Source: Candidatus Fermentithermobacillaceae bacterium (GTDB taxonomy: Bacteria > Bacillota > Sulfobacillia > Fermentithermobacillales > Fermentithermobacillaceae). Taken from it: a DNA stretch of 64,000 nt. The first letter of the stretch is position 1, and every line of letters begins with the position of its first letter. The translations under genes and the position numbers were made by a program. Below the pieces are notes generated by a model. That model was not told the DNA's origin. It did no database searches and saw nothing but the letters and a program-made list of their open reading frames with translations. Below are positions 28,406 through 37,519 of the stretch, one piece after another. The stretch lies in NCBI GenBank assembly GCA_018052475.1, contig JAGPNG010000008.1:11885-75884 (forward strand), given 5' to 3'.

Positions 28406-29146
28406 GTGATTAGAGGCATCTTGTCAGCAACCACTGCTATGAGAGCGCAACTGGTGAATCAAGAAGTTATAGCTAACAATTTATCCAATGCAGATACGGT
28501 TGCATACCAAAAAGATAAAGCTACTTTTTCGAGTTTCCACGATGTTCTCATGTATAGGGTAGAGCCCTTTAGCCGGCCTGCACTCGTAGGCGGATTGGGC
28601 AACGGAACAGTACTTCAGGACATAGCCACATCGGTTGAGCAAGGACCGCTGAGAAACACTGATAATCCTATGGACATCGCACTGCCCAAAGGGGCATATC
28701 TGGGTTGCGAGACTCCCTCTGGGACTATGTACACGCGAATGGGCGATTTGCGGGTAAGAGATGGGTATCTCACGGTTGCAGGTTACAAAGTTCTGGGCGA
28801 AAACGGTCCCATAGAGGCGGATGACTATACGGTGTGCACGGTTTCTGAAGATGCAACTGTCCATAGCGAAGGGAGCGAGATTGGGCGATTAGCTGTGTAT
28901 TCTTTCCCTTCGGGCACTGCTCTCACAAAGGTTGGCAGCAGTTTGTTTCGACAAGACCAAGGAGTGGCAGATGCCATCGAGATGCCGGCTGTAACTGTTG
29001 GCGCTCTCGAAGGGTCTACAGTAGATCCTGTGTCTGAGATGGTCAGCATGATTTCTTCACTAAGGTCCTACGAAGCGGCTCAGAAAGTCCTTCAGGCTCA
29101 GGATGAGACTTTGGATCAGGCGATAAATAGGGTCGGAAGAGTTTGA
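28406..29146 (+). CDS. flhO: Flagellar basal-body rod protein (FlgF/FlgG family; FlhO-like by synteny with mbl).
   Basis: N-terminal LSNADTVAYQK (Flg_bb_rod) and C-terminal rod/hook conserved segment; GTG start after GAGGGGGAG. Confidence 0.8.
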   Translation: MIRGILSATTAMRAQLVNQEVIANNLSNADTVAYQKDKATFSSFHDVLMYRVEPFSRPALVGGLGNGTVLQDIATSVEQGPLRNTDNPMDIALPKGAYLGCETPSGTMYTRMGDLRVRDGYLTVAGYKVLGENGPIEADDYTVCTVSEDATVHSEGSEIGRLAVYSFPSGTALTKVGSSLFRQDQGVADAIEMPAVTVGALEGSTVDPVSEMVSMISSLRSYEAAQKVLQAQDETLDQAINRVGRV

Positions 29147-29185
29147 TTTGTTTCAACCAATCACGTGCGGAAGGATGAGGTGTAG

Positions 29186-29947
29186 ATGCTTAGAGCGTTA
29201 TGGTCGGGCGCAACAGGAATGGCTGCTCAACAGTTTAACATCGATAACATATCTAACAATTTGTCCAACGTAAACACATCGGGCTACAAAAAACAACGTG
29301 TACAGTTCCAAGATCTGTACTATCAAAACCTCACTATAGGTAATAGCGCCGTAGTTTCGATAGGGAGCGGCGTGCGAGTTTCAGGAACCGACAGGAACTT
29401 TCGGCAAGGACCCCTCGAAAAGACAGATGACCCGTTATCTCTTGCTGTGGAAGGTCAGGGTTTTTTCACAATCGTAGGCCCGAATGGAGAAGATAGATAC
29501 ACGCGAGATGGAGCTTTTAGATTGGACAGCCAGGGCAGACTCGTGACATCACAAGGTTACGCGGTGAAGATAGACGGGGCCGGAGTCATACCTGCAAGCG
29601 CTGAAGAACTTACCGTTGACAAAGACGGGGTGATATATGGCAAGGTCGGTGGGGCTTTTCACCAGTATGGGAAGATAGTTCTGACTATGTTCCCAAATCC
29701 AGCTGGGCTAGAGGCTGTAGGCTCCAATCTATATCGAGAGACTACTCAGTCTGGGACAGGTGTTAACACAGATCCTGGCCAAAAGGGCGCGGGCTTTGTT
29801 TTATCGGGGTATTTGGAAAACTCCAATGTCGAGGTCGTGACCGAGATGGTCAATTTAATCGTCGCGCAGAGAGCCTTTGAACTCAATTCAAAATCGGTTG
29901 AAGCTGCGGACCAAATGTGGGCCATTGCAAACAATATCCGGCGGTAG
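29186..29947 (+). CDS. flhP: Flagellar basal-body rod protein (FlgG family; FlhP-like).
   Basis: NNLSNVNTSGYKK N-terminus and VNLIVAQRAFELNSK C-terminal rod signature. Confidence 0.8.
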   Translation: MLRALWSGATGMAAQQFNIDNISNNLSNVNTSGYKKQRVQFQDLYYQNLTIGNSAVVSIGSGVRVSGTDRNFRQGPLEKTDDPLSLAVEGQGFFTIVGPNGEDRYTRDGAFRLDSQGRLVTSQGYAVKIDGAGVIPASAEELTVDKDGVIYGKVGGAFHQYGKIVLTMFPNPAGLEAVGSNLYRETTQSGTGVNTDPGQKGAGFVLSGYLENSNVEVVTEMVNLIVAQRAFELNSKSVEAADQMWAIANNIRR

Positions 29948-29983
29948 AAAACGAGAGTGTGCCACGCTGAGGGGTGTTTATAA

Positions 29984-30304
29984 ATGTATTCGGATTCAAT
30001 CAGCGGTACCTACTTGAAAGATGTTTCTAAGAACATTGATGCGCACAGAGACGCAAAGACCTTGAAAGCATGTCAGGAATTTGAGTCTGTTTTTTTAAGC
30101 ATGCTGTGGCGCGATATGACTAGTTCGTCAGGGTTAAAAGGCGGCAATTGGGATGTGATGTTATCACAGGTAATGGGAAAGGCCTGGGCGGATGCAGGTG
30201 GTATCGGTTTGGCGAAGGTACTTTACAGCCAGTTGTCGAAGTCATCTTCTGAGAATATCTTGGGAGATGATTATATTGAAGGACCCTTGTCAGACACCTT
30301 GTGA
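29984..30304 (+). CDS. Rod-binding protein (FlgJ N-terminal-domain-like).
   Basis: ACQEFESVFLSMLWRDM ... GGIGLAKVLYSQL matches the Rod_binding domain pattern; 106 aa. Confidence 0.7.
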   Translation: MYSDSISGTYLKDVSKNIDAHRDAKTLKACQEFESVFLSMLWRDMTSSSGLKGGNWDVMLSQVMGKAWADAGGIGLAKVLYSQLSKSSSENILGDDYIEGPLSDTL

Positions 30305-30740
30305 AAGCGTTTCCAAGGATGACTTGGAGAGAATAAAGGAAATCCTACCTCATAGAGATCCTTTTTTATTTCTCACACGGATCATTAGAGTTGAAGAAGG
30401 CAAGTCAGCTATAGCTGAGTATGATGTACCCTATGACCACATTTTCTTCAAAGGACATTTTCCCGAAGAACCCATTTTGCCAGGTGTGATCATTCTCGAG
30501 ATGATGGCTCAGACCGGGGCGCTGGCGGTCTTGTGCGATCCTCGTCGCAAGGGACAAGTCGTCTATCTCGCTGGTATAGATGCTGCTCGTCTCAAGAAAC
30601 CAGTGAGGCCTGGCGATGTATTGCGTGCTGAAGTGACTGTGGAGAGCGTTAAGATGAAAATCGGCAGAGGAATTGGAAGAGCCTTTGTAGGGGCAGATGA
30701 AGTGGCGTCAGCCAAGATCATCTTTGGCCTGCCGGTTTGA
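30267..30740 (+). CDS. fabZ: 3-hydroxyacyl-[ACP] dehydratase.
   Basis: ILPHRDPFLFLTRII ... FFKGHFPEEPILPGVIILEMMAQTGA, a hot-dog fold with the FabZ catalytic His context. The start was chosen at the in-frame ATG at 30267; the ORF track begins at 30192 inside the previous gene. Confidence 0.8.
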   Translation: MIILKDPCQTPCESVSKDDLERIKEILPHRDPFLFLTRIIRVEEGKSAIAEYDVPYDHIFFKGHFPEEPILPGVIILEMMAQTGALAVLCDPRRKGQVVYLAGIDAARLKKPVRPGDVLRAEVTVESVKMKIGRGIGRAFVGADEVASAKIIFGLPV

Positions 30741-30749
30741 CGGGTGGGT

Positions 30750-30774
30750 GTCTAGGTGCTAATATAGCCTAGAC
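30750..30774 (+). terminator. Candidate hairpin after fabZ (weak terminator).
   Basis: GTCTAGG (30750-30756) / CCTAGAC (30768-30774) stem, followed by an interrupted U-rich stretch. Confidence 0.3.
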
Positions 30775-30830
30775 CGCAGATTATTGCTTGGCTTTGTGAT
30801 TATTTATTTCCTCCTGAAGGAGGTTGGGCT

Positions 30831-32018
30831 ATGCCGACTATTGGTAAGGGAACCAAGTTATTCACTTCAGAGTCTGTGACCGAAGGTCACCCAGATAAGG
30901 TAGCCGATCAAATCGTAGATGCCATTTTGGATGCGATATTGGAAAAGGACAAAGAAGCCAGAGTCGCATGTGAGTGTCTTGTCAAGACAGGGTTTGTGCT
31001 TGTTGCAGGTGAAATCAGTACGGAATGCTATGTTGACATGCCATATATAGTCAGGGAGACCTTAAGGAAAATTGGCTATACACGGGCAAAGTTTGGATTT
31101 GACGCAGATACTTGCGCGGTCCTTACGGCAATTGAGGAGCAGTCACCTGATATCGCTTTGGGCGTGGATGAATCGCTTGAATCCAAAGAAGGAACGATGC
31201 CACCAACAATAGGGGCAGGAGATCAAGGCTTAATGTTTGGCTATGCGTGCGACGAGACCGACGTCTTCATGCCTACTCCTATTCACTTGGCACACCTTTT
31301 GGCCAAACGACTGTCCTACGTACGTCACGAGAAAATAATACCCTATCTTAGACCAGACGGAAAAACCCAGGTGACTATGGAATATGAGGACGGTGTTCCC
31401 GTGAGGGTTCACACCGTAGTTATTTCTGCGCAGCATGCAAATGACATATCTCTTGATACGATCCGCAGAGACGTAACTGCTAAGGTAATTAAGCAAGTGA
31501 TTCCGCCCGAACTTATTGACGAGCGGACGCGAATACTCGTGAACGCAACAGGTCGCTTTGTGGTAGGAGGACCGCAAGGAGACAGCGGGCTTTCCGGGCG
31601 CAAGATCATAGCAGATACTTACGGTGGGTTTGCAAGGCATGGAGGAGGCAGTTTCTCCGGTAAGGATCCTACAAAAGTTGATAGGTCCGCAAGCTATGCC
31701 ACACGTTACATTGCTAAAAATGTGGTCGCCGCAGGACTCGCGAAGGAATGTGAAGTACAGGTGGCATATGTTATAGGTGTTGCCGATCCTGTATCTATAT
31801 ACGTAGATACAAAAGGTACTGGTGTTTTGTCGGATGACGCAATACTTTACGCGATCAAGAAGTGTTTTGATTTCAGACCCGCGGGTATTATTGAAAGATT
31901 CGACTTAAGGCGACCGATCTACTCTCAGGTCTCCGTATATGGCCATTTCGGCAGGAGCGATTTAGACCTTCCGTGGGAACGTCTTGATCTCAAAGATGAC
32001 ATCCTAAGGCATGTGTAA
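30831..32018 (+). CDS. metK: S-adenosylmethionine synthetase.
   Basis: [17 protein letters not shown]-terminus and [16 protein letters not shown] motif; 395 aa. Confidence 0.95.
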   Translation: MPTIGKGTKLFTSESVTEGHPDKVADQIVDAILDAILEKDKEARVACECLVKTGFVLVAGEISTECYVDMPYIVRETLRKIGYTRAKFGFDADTCAVLTAIEEQSPDIALGVDESLESKEGTMPPTIGAGDQGLMFGYACDETDVFMPTPIHLAHLLAKRLSYVRHEKIIPYLRPDGKTQVTMEYEDGVPVRVHTVVISAQHANDISLDTIRRDVTAKVIKQVIPPELIDERTRILVNATGRFVVGGPQGDSGLSGRKIIADTYGGFARHGGGSFSGKDPTKVDRSASYATRYIAKNVVAAGLAKECEVQVAYVIGVADPVSIYVDTKGTGVLSDDAILYAIKKCFDFRPAGIIERFDLRRPIYSQVSVYGHFGRSDLDLPWERLDLKDDILRHV

Positions 32019-32042
32019 AGTCAGTCGCATATTGTGATTAAG

Positions 32043-32081
32043 CTCCCTCGAGGCGTATGAATCCTCTGAGGGAGTTTTCAT
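32043..32081 (+). terminator. Intrinsic terminator after metK.
   Basis: CTCCCTC (32043-32049) / GAGGGAG (32069-32075) stem followed by TTTTCATT. Confidence 0.7.
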
Positions 32082-32195
32082 TGGTAGGCTAATGGCGTCT
32101 TGCCCCCTAGGGTAAAATGGCATAAACTAATATTAGAGGGAAATTGTGCCATAACTTTTTGACCGAGAAATGTTCCCGGAAAGGGGCAAGGTAAG

Positions 32196-32918
32196 ATGTG
32201 TCGCGTGGGAAGCAGGGCCATATATGGAATCTCCTCGGGAATTATCTATGGCGAGCCGACTTGCTGCTGTCTGTGCGGAAGGCGCATTCTGGTTGGGAAT
32301 GGTATATGCGAAACATGCAGGGAGTTTTTGAAACTCCAAATGGCCAATACCTGTAAAGTATGTGGTATCCCGGTTCCGCCGCCATTTGAACTTTGCGAAA
32401 CATGCAGGAAAAACCTTTACTATTTTGATGCGTGCAAATCGGCGGGGCTTTACGCCGGACTCTTGAAAAACGCCATTGTGAGCATGAAATACCGAGGAGA
32501 AAGGTGGCGGTCCAGGCCTTTGGGCGGATTACTATCAGAGGCCATGAGTTTTCTGGATAGAGCGGACATGTTGGTACCCATACCTCTCGAACCTTCCAGT
32601 ATGGAGAGAAGAGGTTACAATCAGGCGAAAGATCTAGCGAGCGAGGTTTCTAGTAAAACAAAGTTGCCTATGTTCGATATCTTGATTAGGGAACGCAAAA
32701 CAGGACGACAGTCCAAACTCAATCGAGTGAATCGATGGAAGAACCTAAAGGGTACGATGGCCGTACAAAGCGGTTATCAACTGCCAGATGCGACTGTAGT
32801 TTTGGTAGACGATGTGACAACTACCGGTGCTACTCTTGATGAAGGGGCAAGAGCGCTCAAAGAAGCAGGAGCCCAAAAGGTGTTTTGTCTTACCCTTGCA
32901 CGAACTATGAAATACTGA
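32196..32918 (+). CDS. comFC: ComFC-type competence protein (phosphoribosyltransferase-fold).
   Basis: N-terminal double CxxC zinc fingers and a C-terminal PRTase motif VVLVDDVTTTGATL. It lies upstream of yvyF-flgM, as in B. subtilis. Confidence 0.8.
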   Translation: MCRVGSRAIYGISSGIIYGEPTCCCLCGRRILVGNGICETCREFLKLQMANTCKVCGIPVPPPFELCETCRKNLYYFDACKSAGLYAGLLKNAIVSMKYRGERWRSRPLGGLLSEAMSFLDRADMLVPIPLEPSSMERRGYNQAKDLASEVSSKTKLPMFDILIRERKTGRQSKLNRVNRWKNLKGTMAVQSGYQLPDATVVLVDDVTTTGATLDEGARALKEAGAQKVFCLTLARTMKY

Positions 32919-32978
32919 TACAGAAATGTTCGACGCATATCTCGGAAGAAGGACTAATGAATTGCTGAGGAAGAAGGG

Positions 32979-33437
32979 ATGTACGTGCCCATACAAAACT
33001 GCAAGAAGTGCGGGAGACTCTTTGTCAGCTCAGGTTCCATGCTTTGTCCGGAATGTATAGAGAAAGAGGATGAGCAATTTCAGATCGTAAAGCGATATCT
33101 TACCGAAAACCCCGGCTCTTCCGTGATGACGGTTAGCGAAAAAACCGGGGTTGCAGTTGAGACCGTTACCGAGTTCATCCGTCAGGGCCGATTGATGGGA
33201 ATGGAACCGCAAGGGGCGGAAAACCTGTTGGTGTGCATCATCTGTAAGAAACCAATTTCTGCAGGCAGGATATGCGACGAATGCCAGAAAGCTCTTTCGG
33301 GACGTTCTTCAGATGTATCTGGCAAAGAAAATGGTAAAATAGACGTGGAACGACCTAAACTAAGTATAGATGAACAAAATGAAAGAATTGGCGAACGTAT
33401 GTACACTATCGATCTCATCCGAAGGAAAAAACAATAA
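32979..33437 (+). CDS. yvyF: Flagellar-operon zinc-ribbon protein YvyF-like.
   Basis: CKKCGRLF...CPEC and CIICKKPI...CDEC zinc-ribbon pairs; located between comFC and flgM, as B. subtilis yvyF is. Confidence 0.7.
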   Translation: MYVPIQNCKKCGRLFVSSGSMLCPECIEKEDEQFQIVKRYLTENPGSSVMTVSEKTGVAVETVTEFIRQGRLMGMEPQGAENLLVCIICKKPISAGRICDECQKALSGRSSDVSGKENGKIDVERPKLSIDEQNERIGERMYTIDLIRRKKQ

Positions 33438-33529
33438 GTACTGACAGAGATAGCTAAACGCTAAGTTCCAATTAATCGATGATTAATTGTGGACGGTGGC
33501 GCGATCCAAAGAGAGGCGATGTCAAGGTG

Positions 33530-33826
33530 ATGATATCCAAGATACAAGTGGATCAAATACTCAAGGTGTACAAGACCAATAAGTCGCTGGGCGCTCAATC
33601 GGCTGTTGAGAAAGTCTCCTATGACAACAGGCAGGACGAGGTCGGGCTTTCCTTTACCAGAGAAGATATTGAAAAGATAAAGGAACTTGTAAAAAAGATG
33701 CCTGACGTCCGTGAGGACTTGATTGCTCCAATTTCGAAGAAGGTCGAAACTGGTGAGTATTCGGTCGAGTCCGAGGCTATTGCTGAGAAGATGATGGGAA
33801 GGCTTTTGGCCGACAAGATTCGGTGA
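33530..33826 (+). CDS. flgM: Anti-sigma-28 factor FlgM.
   Basis: 99 aa from the ATG at 33530 (MISKIQVDQILKVYK...). The C-terminal VDLIAPISKKVETGEY...EAIAEKMM matches the FlgM family. Synteny yvyF-flgM-flgN-flgK. Confidence 0.7.
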   Translation: MISKIQVDQILKVYKTNKSLGAQSAVEKVSYDNRQDEVGLSFTREDIEKIKELVKKMPDVREDLIAPISKKVETGEYSVESEAIAEKMMGRLLADKIR

Positions 33827-33887
33827 TGACTTGCCTCAGAATGTATAGGCGTTAAGCTCGCTGCCGTCCCTCAAGGGGGCGGACGTA

Positions 33888-34310
33888 ATGGAAGAAAAAT
33901 CCATAGAAGTTGCAAGTTTGATAAATGAGCTGGACTTGGTCATTGAACGGCTTATAGATCTAGCTAGGAAAAAGCAAGACTTTGTGATTGCAGGCGACTG
34001 TAGCGGGTTAGAGACAGTCGTCAGAGAGGAAACAGCTGCCCTTTGGGACCTCAAACACCTGGAAAAACAATTCAGTGATGATGGTCACTCGTGTATTTTG
34101 GAAGATATTCTCCGAAAAGATGAATATCGATCCGCTAAAAATACCCTCGCTAAGAAGGCCTCATTGCTTCGAAGGCTTAACCATCAAAACCAAAGGCTAA
34201 TATCTAAGAGCCTGGAAATTGTGAAATATGAACTGGGATTGTTCTTGCCCAAAGATGACTACTTCAAGACTTCTGAATTGGCGCCTATTGCTTTTGATCA
34301 AAAAGTTTAG
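33888..34310 (+). CDS. FlgN-like flagellar export chaperone (YvyG-like).
   Basis: 140-aa helical protein located between flgM and flgK, as B. subtilis yvyG is. Confidence 0.6.
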   Translation: MEEKSIEVASLINELDLVIERLIDLARKKQDFVIAGDCSGLETVVREETAALWDLKHLEKQFSDDGHSCILEDILRKDEYRSAKNTLAKKASLLRRLNHQNQRLISKSLEIVKYELGLFLPKDDYFKTSELAPIAFDQKV

Positions 34311-34316
34311 CCGGAG

Positions 34317-35747
34317 GTGGCTTTGATGCCTTCTACGTTTACTGCTATCGAAATCGGAAAATCGGCTCTGCTTGCCGCAAGGCGTGCGATGGACACTACA
34401 GGTCACAACATAGCTAACGCTGCTACTCCAGGATATTCGAGACAGCGGGTGGTACAAGAGCCGATCATACAAAGGATTGATGTAAGTTCGGGTACATCCG
34501 GACTTGGCGTTAAGGTTACTGATGTTCAAAGGATAAGAGATCCGTTTATCGACGGGGTTTTGCGTAATGAACAGGCCAAGCAAGCGAGTTTCGAATCTCA
34601 GAAGGATGTTTTGGATCATTTACAGGTCGTTTTTGCCGAACCGTCAGATTCAAGCCTGAGAACATTTGTAGACTCTTTCTGGTCAGCGTGGCACGATCTT
34701 GCATCAGAACCACAATCCCAAGCTGCGCGCGCACAACTCATGGAAACAGGTCAGTCTGTTGCTGATATGTTTCGGCACCTGGGAAGTCAAATAGACTCCC
34801 TGGTAGGGGACGTGGAAGGCGCTATCAATTCGACGATAAATACGGTAAACCTTCTTAGCGAGAAGATTTGTTCTTTGAATACAGAGATTTCAAGGGGACT
34901 GTCTCGAAATGAGCCGGTTGGAGATCTTATGGACCGAAGAGACCTTCTTATCGATCAATTGACCCAGCTCACGGGTGCAACCGTGAGTTATCTTGACGAA
35001 GGCACTGTAAAAGTTAGCATTGGTGGCGTAGCGCTGGTAGACAAATACAAGTCTTACCCCATGTCGAGTTCGATAACCTCGGCGGGCGTAAAATACTTTG
35101 TATCTACAGGGCCTGCGAGCAGCGACAAAATACAGCTAGACTTGGTTTCCGGAACACTAGGAGGGCACAAAGTCGCAAGAGACGAGACCGCACTGAAGTT
35201 TAGACAAGAACTGAACACCATTGCGGCAGAGTTTTTTCAAGGGATCAATGATATCCATCAGACAGATTCTACTACCGGGCAGGTAGATCCATCGTACATT
35301 AAGTTCTTCGAGTTTTCCGGTTCTGATGTGCTTTCAACGCTCAAGGTAAACGATGCGATAGTAAACGATCCGAATAATATACGGGTGTCTGTAGGTAATG
35401 ACCCTTTGGATGGCACTGTCGCCCATGCAATTGCGGACTACATAGATGGCACGCCAAACAGTTTTATAATAGACGACACCGGAGGCAACTTCGCGGAGAA
35501 ATGGATGTCGATCGTGGGCAAAGTGGGGGTTGAAGGGCAAAAAGTAGAGATTGGTCACTCAACTCAGCAATTGCTGGTGAAGGAATTGGCAAACAGGAAG
35601 GACTCAATAAGCGGGGTGTCCCGAGACGAAGAAATTACAGAACTGATACGAGAGCAGCATGCTTTTAATGCGGCTAGCAGAGTTATAACTGTTGCCGATG
35701 AAATGCTCGATACGATAATAAATCGGATGGGAACAGGTGGCAGATAG
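34317..35747 (+). CDS. flgK: Flagellar hook-associated protein 1.
   Basis: N-terminal TGHNIANAATPGYSRQR rod/hook motif and C-terminal FlgK conserved helix; 476 aa. Confidence 0.85.
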   Translation: MALMPSTFTAIEIGKSALLAARRAMDTTGHNIANAATPGYSRQRVVQEPIIQRIDVSSGTSGLGVKVTDVQRIRDPFIDGVLRNEQAKQASFESQKDVLDHLQVVFAEPSDSSLRTFVDSFWSAWHDLASEPQSQAARAQLMETGQSVADMFRHLGSQIDSLVGDVEGAINSTINTVNLLSEKICSLNTEISRGLSRNEPVGDLMDRRDLLIDQLTQLTGATVSYLDEGTVKVSIGGVALVDKYKSYPMSSSITSAGVKYFVSTGPASSDKIQLDLVSGTLGGHKVARDETALKFRQELNTIAAEFFQGINDIHQTDSTTGQVDPSYIKFFEFSGSDVLSTLKVNDAIVNDPNNIRVSVGNDPLDGTVAHAIADYIDGTPNSFIIDDTGGNFAEKWMSIVGKVGVEGQKVEIGHSTQQLLVKELANRKDSISGVSRDEEITELIREQHAFNAASRVITVADEMLDTIINRMGTGGR

Positions 35748-35773
35748 TTTAAGGGCCATGTGCAAAGGGGGCG

Positions 35774-36589
35774 GTGTTTGTGCGCGTAACAGATCTTACG
35801 ATTCAGCGGAACTTTCTTTACAACATTTTTGGCGTGGAAAAGAGACTTGGGGAGCTTCAAGACATGGCTTCTTCAGGGAAATCAATTACCAGACCTCAAG
35901 ATGATCCTGTAGGTTCGGAGAGGTCAATATCTCTTAGACATGACCTTTGTGTGAATGATCAGTATCTGCGTAATATCGACAAGGCCAAGACGTGGATGTC
36001 TCAGACCGAACAAGCGATGGCTCATGTGACGACAGTGCTTTCAAGAGCACACGATTTGGCTCTTACTGGTATGACAGGAACTACACCGGAAGACGCAAGG
36101 GAAGCAATTTCTGCAGAGATCAGCCAACTCAAAGATGAATTATCCGGAGTGTTTGACACCACGGTTGACGGCAGGAACCTTCTTCACGGAACGATGCCTG
36201 TGTGGAGATTAGGCACAGATGTGACCGTTACGTGTAAGGGTGTCGAAACCATCATGACTGAGGTATCTACTTTTATGGACCAATTAGAGCAAGGACTAGA
36301 GACCTCGAATGTCGATGATATCAAAGATGCTGCAGAAGGAATAGACAAATGTTTGGATAAGGTGCTATCTCATAGGGCTGAAAACGGCGCAAAACTTCGG
36401 AGACTAGATACCCTGGAAGAAAAAGCGGGCGAAATGTATGTCGAGTACAAAAGGGTATTGGCAAATGTGGAAGAGGTAGATATTACCGAAGTAGTTGTAA
36501 AACTTATGTCCCAGCAAATGGCTTATCAGACTGCGCTTGCTGTAGGAGCAAGACTCATTCAGCCTAGTCTATTAGACTATTTACATTAG
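35774..36589 (+). CDS. flgL: Flagellar hook-associated protein 3 (flagellin-fold).
   Basis: RVTDLTIQRNFLYNI N-terminus and flagellin-like C-terminal helix; 271 aa. Confidence 0.8.
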   Translation: MFVRVTDLTIQRNFLYNIFGVEKRLGELQDMASSGKSITRPQDDPVGSERSISLRHDLCVNDQYLRNIDKAKTWMSQTEQAMAHVTTVLSRAHDLALTGMTGTTPEDAREAISAEISQLKDELSGVFDTTVDGRNLLHGTMPVWRLGTDVTVTCKGVETIMTEVSTFMDQLEQGLETSNVDDIKDAAEGIDKCLDKVLSHRAENGAKLRRLDTLEEKAGEMYVEYKRVLANVEEVDITEVVVKLMSQQMAYQTALAVGARLIQPSLLDYLH

Positions 36590-36643
36590 GACCTGTACTG
36601 GTTTTTGGGAAAACAGAGGTTATGTCGGGCAGGAGGGATTCGT

Positions 36644-37096
36644 ATGGAATTTCCCACAAGACAGTTTGGGGTACTGCATATACGAGACGACCAGGTCATA
36701 GATTTTCCGGAAGGTCTTATAGGGTTTCAATCATGCAAAAGGTTTTTTGTTTTCGACCTTGACGATTTTGGTGTCTTTAAGTGGCTTCAAAGCCTTGATG
36801 ACCAATCCCTGGGCTTCGTAATATTGGATCCTAGGCTTGTATTCAAAGACTACGATCCTGAGTTTACCCCAAAGGATTTGGAGATTCTGGAAGCCTCAAA
36901 TCCTGGAGATCTTGTGCTCCTTTCAGTAGTGACTCTGCCGGAAGAAGTGAGAGATATGACAGTAAATCTTCAGGCGCCTCTGGTGATTAACCCTTCCAAA
37001 CGTTTGGGTAGGCAGGTAATTACTATTTCCCAGGAGTATAGTACTAGGCACAATGTATTTGTCGAGCTACAGAATCTTATGAAGAGGACGGGCTAG
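36644..37096 (+). CDS. fliW: Flagellar assembly factor FliW.
   Basis: MEFPTRQFGVLHIRDDQVIDFPEGLIGF is a typical FliW N-terminus. The ATG at 36644 lies 6 nt after AGGAGGG. Confidence 0.85.
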   Translation: MEFPTRQFGVLHIRDDQVIDFPEGLIGFQSCKRFFVFDLDDFGVFKWLQSLDDQSLGFVILDPRLVFKDYDPEFTPKDLEILEASNPGDLVLLSVVTLPEEVRDMTVNLQAPLVINPSKRLGRQVITISQEYSTRHNVFVELQNLMKRTG

Positions 37097-37098
37097 AT

Positions 37099-37353
37099 AT
37101 GCTTGTTCTATCGAGAAAGCAGGGCGAAGCAATACTCATAGGTGACGATATCATCATACGGGTCACGGAAATAAGGGGCAAAGGTTCTAAGGCGTTTGTA
37201 AAACTGGGAATCGAAGCTCCTTCTGGGACAAAGATCCTGCGGGAAGAGGTAGAGGTCGAGATCGCCGAAGAGATGACCCTGGCGAAAGATTCCATTTTGG
37301 ATTTGGATCGCTTAAAACGCGAGCTCCTAAAAAAAGAGGATAAAGAAGAATAA
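37099..37353 (+). CDS. csrA: Carbon storage regulator CsrA.
   Basis: MLVLSRKQGEAILIGDDIIIRVTEI... is the canonical CsrA sequence, with a Firmicutes-type C-terminal extension. Confidence 0.95.
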   Translation: MLVLSRKQGEAILIGDDIIIRVTEIRGKGSKAFVKLGIEAPSGTKILREEVEVEIAEEMTLAKDSILDLDRLKRELLKKEDKEE

Positions 37354-37519
37354 GGCTAATCTATACTCCCTTATATACGATTACATTGTTGAAGGATATG
37401 TGAAATAATCCTCAAATCCGGAACCCTTTTTGGGATCTACGCTGGTTGAAAACTAAGTAAGGACTGTGTGTCTGTAGTTATGTGCAGGTGGTGGAAATAT
37501 ACTCTTTGGAGGTGTGAGC

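Noticed and set aside
30741-30830. Expected SAM-I (S-box) riboswitch upstream of metK.
   Set aside because: The intergenic region is only about 90 nt and lacks the conserved S-box helices and kink-turn consensus. No riboswitch was called.
33455-33482. Possible sigma-D (sigma-28) promoter upstream of flgM: TAAA, a 15/16-nt spacer, then a CGATGA-like element.
   Set aside because: Only the CGAT core of the -10 consensus GCCGATAT matches, at 4/8 positions. This is too weak to call without a position weight matrix scan.
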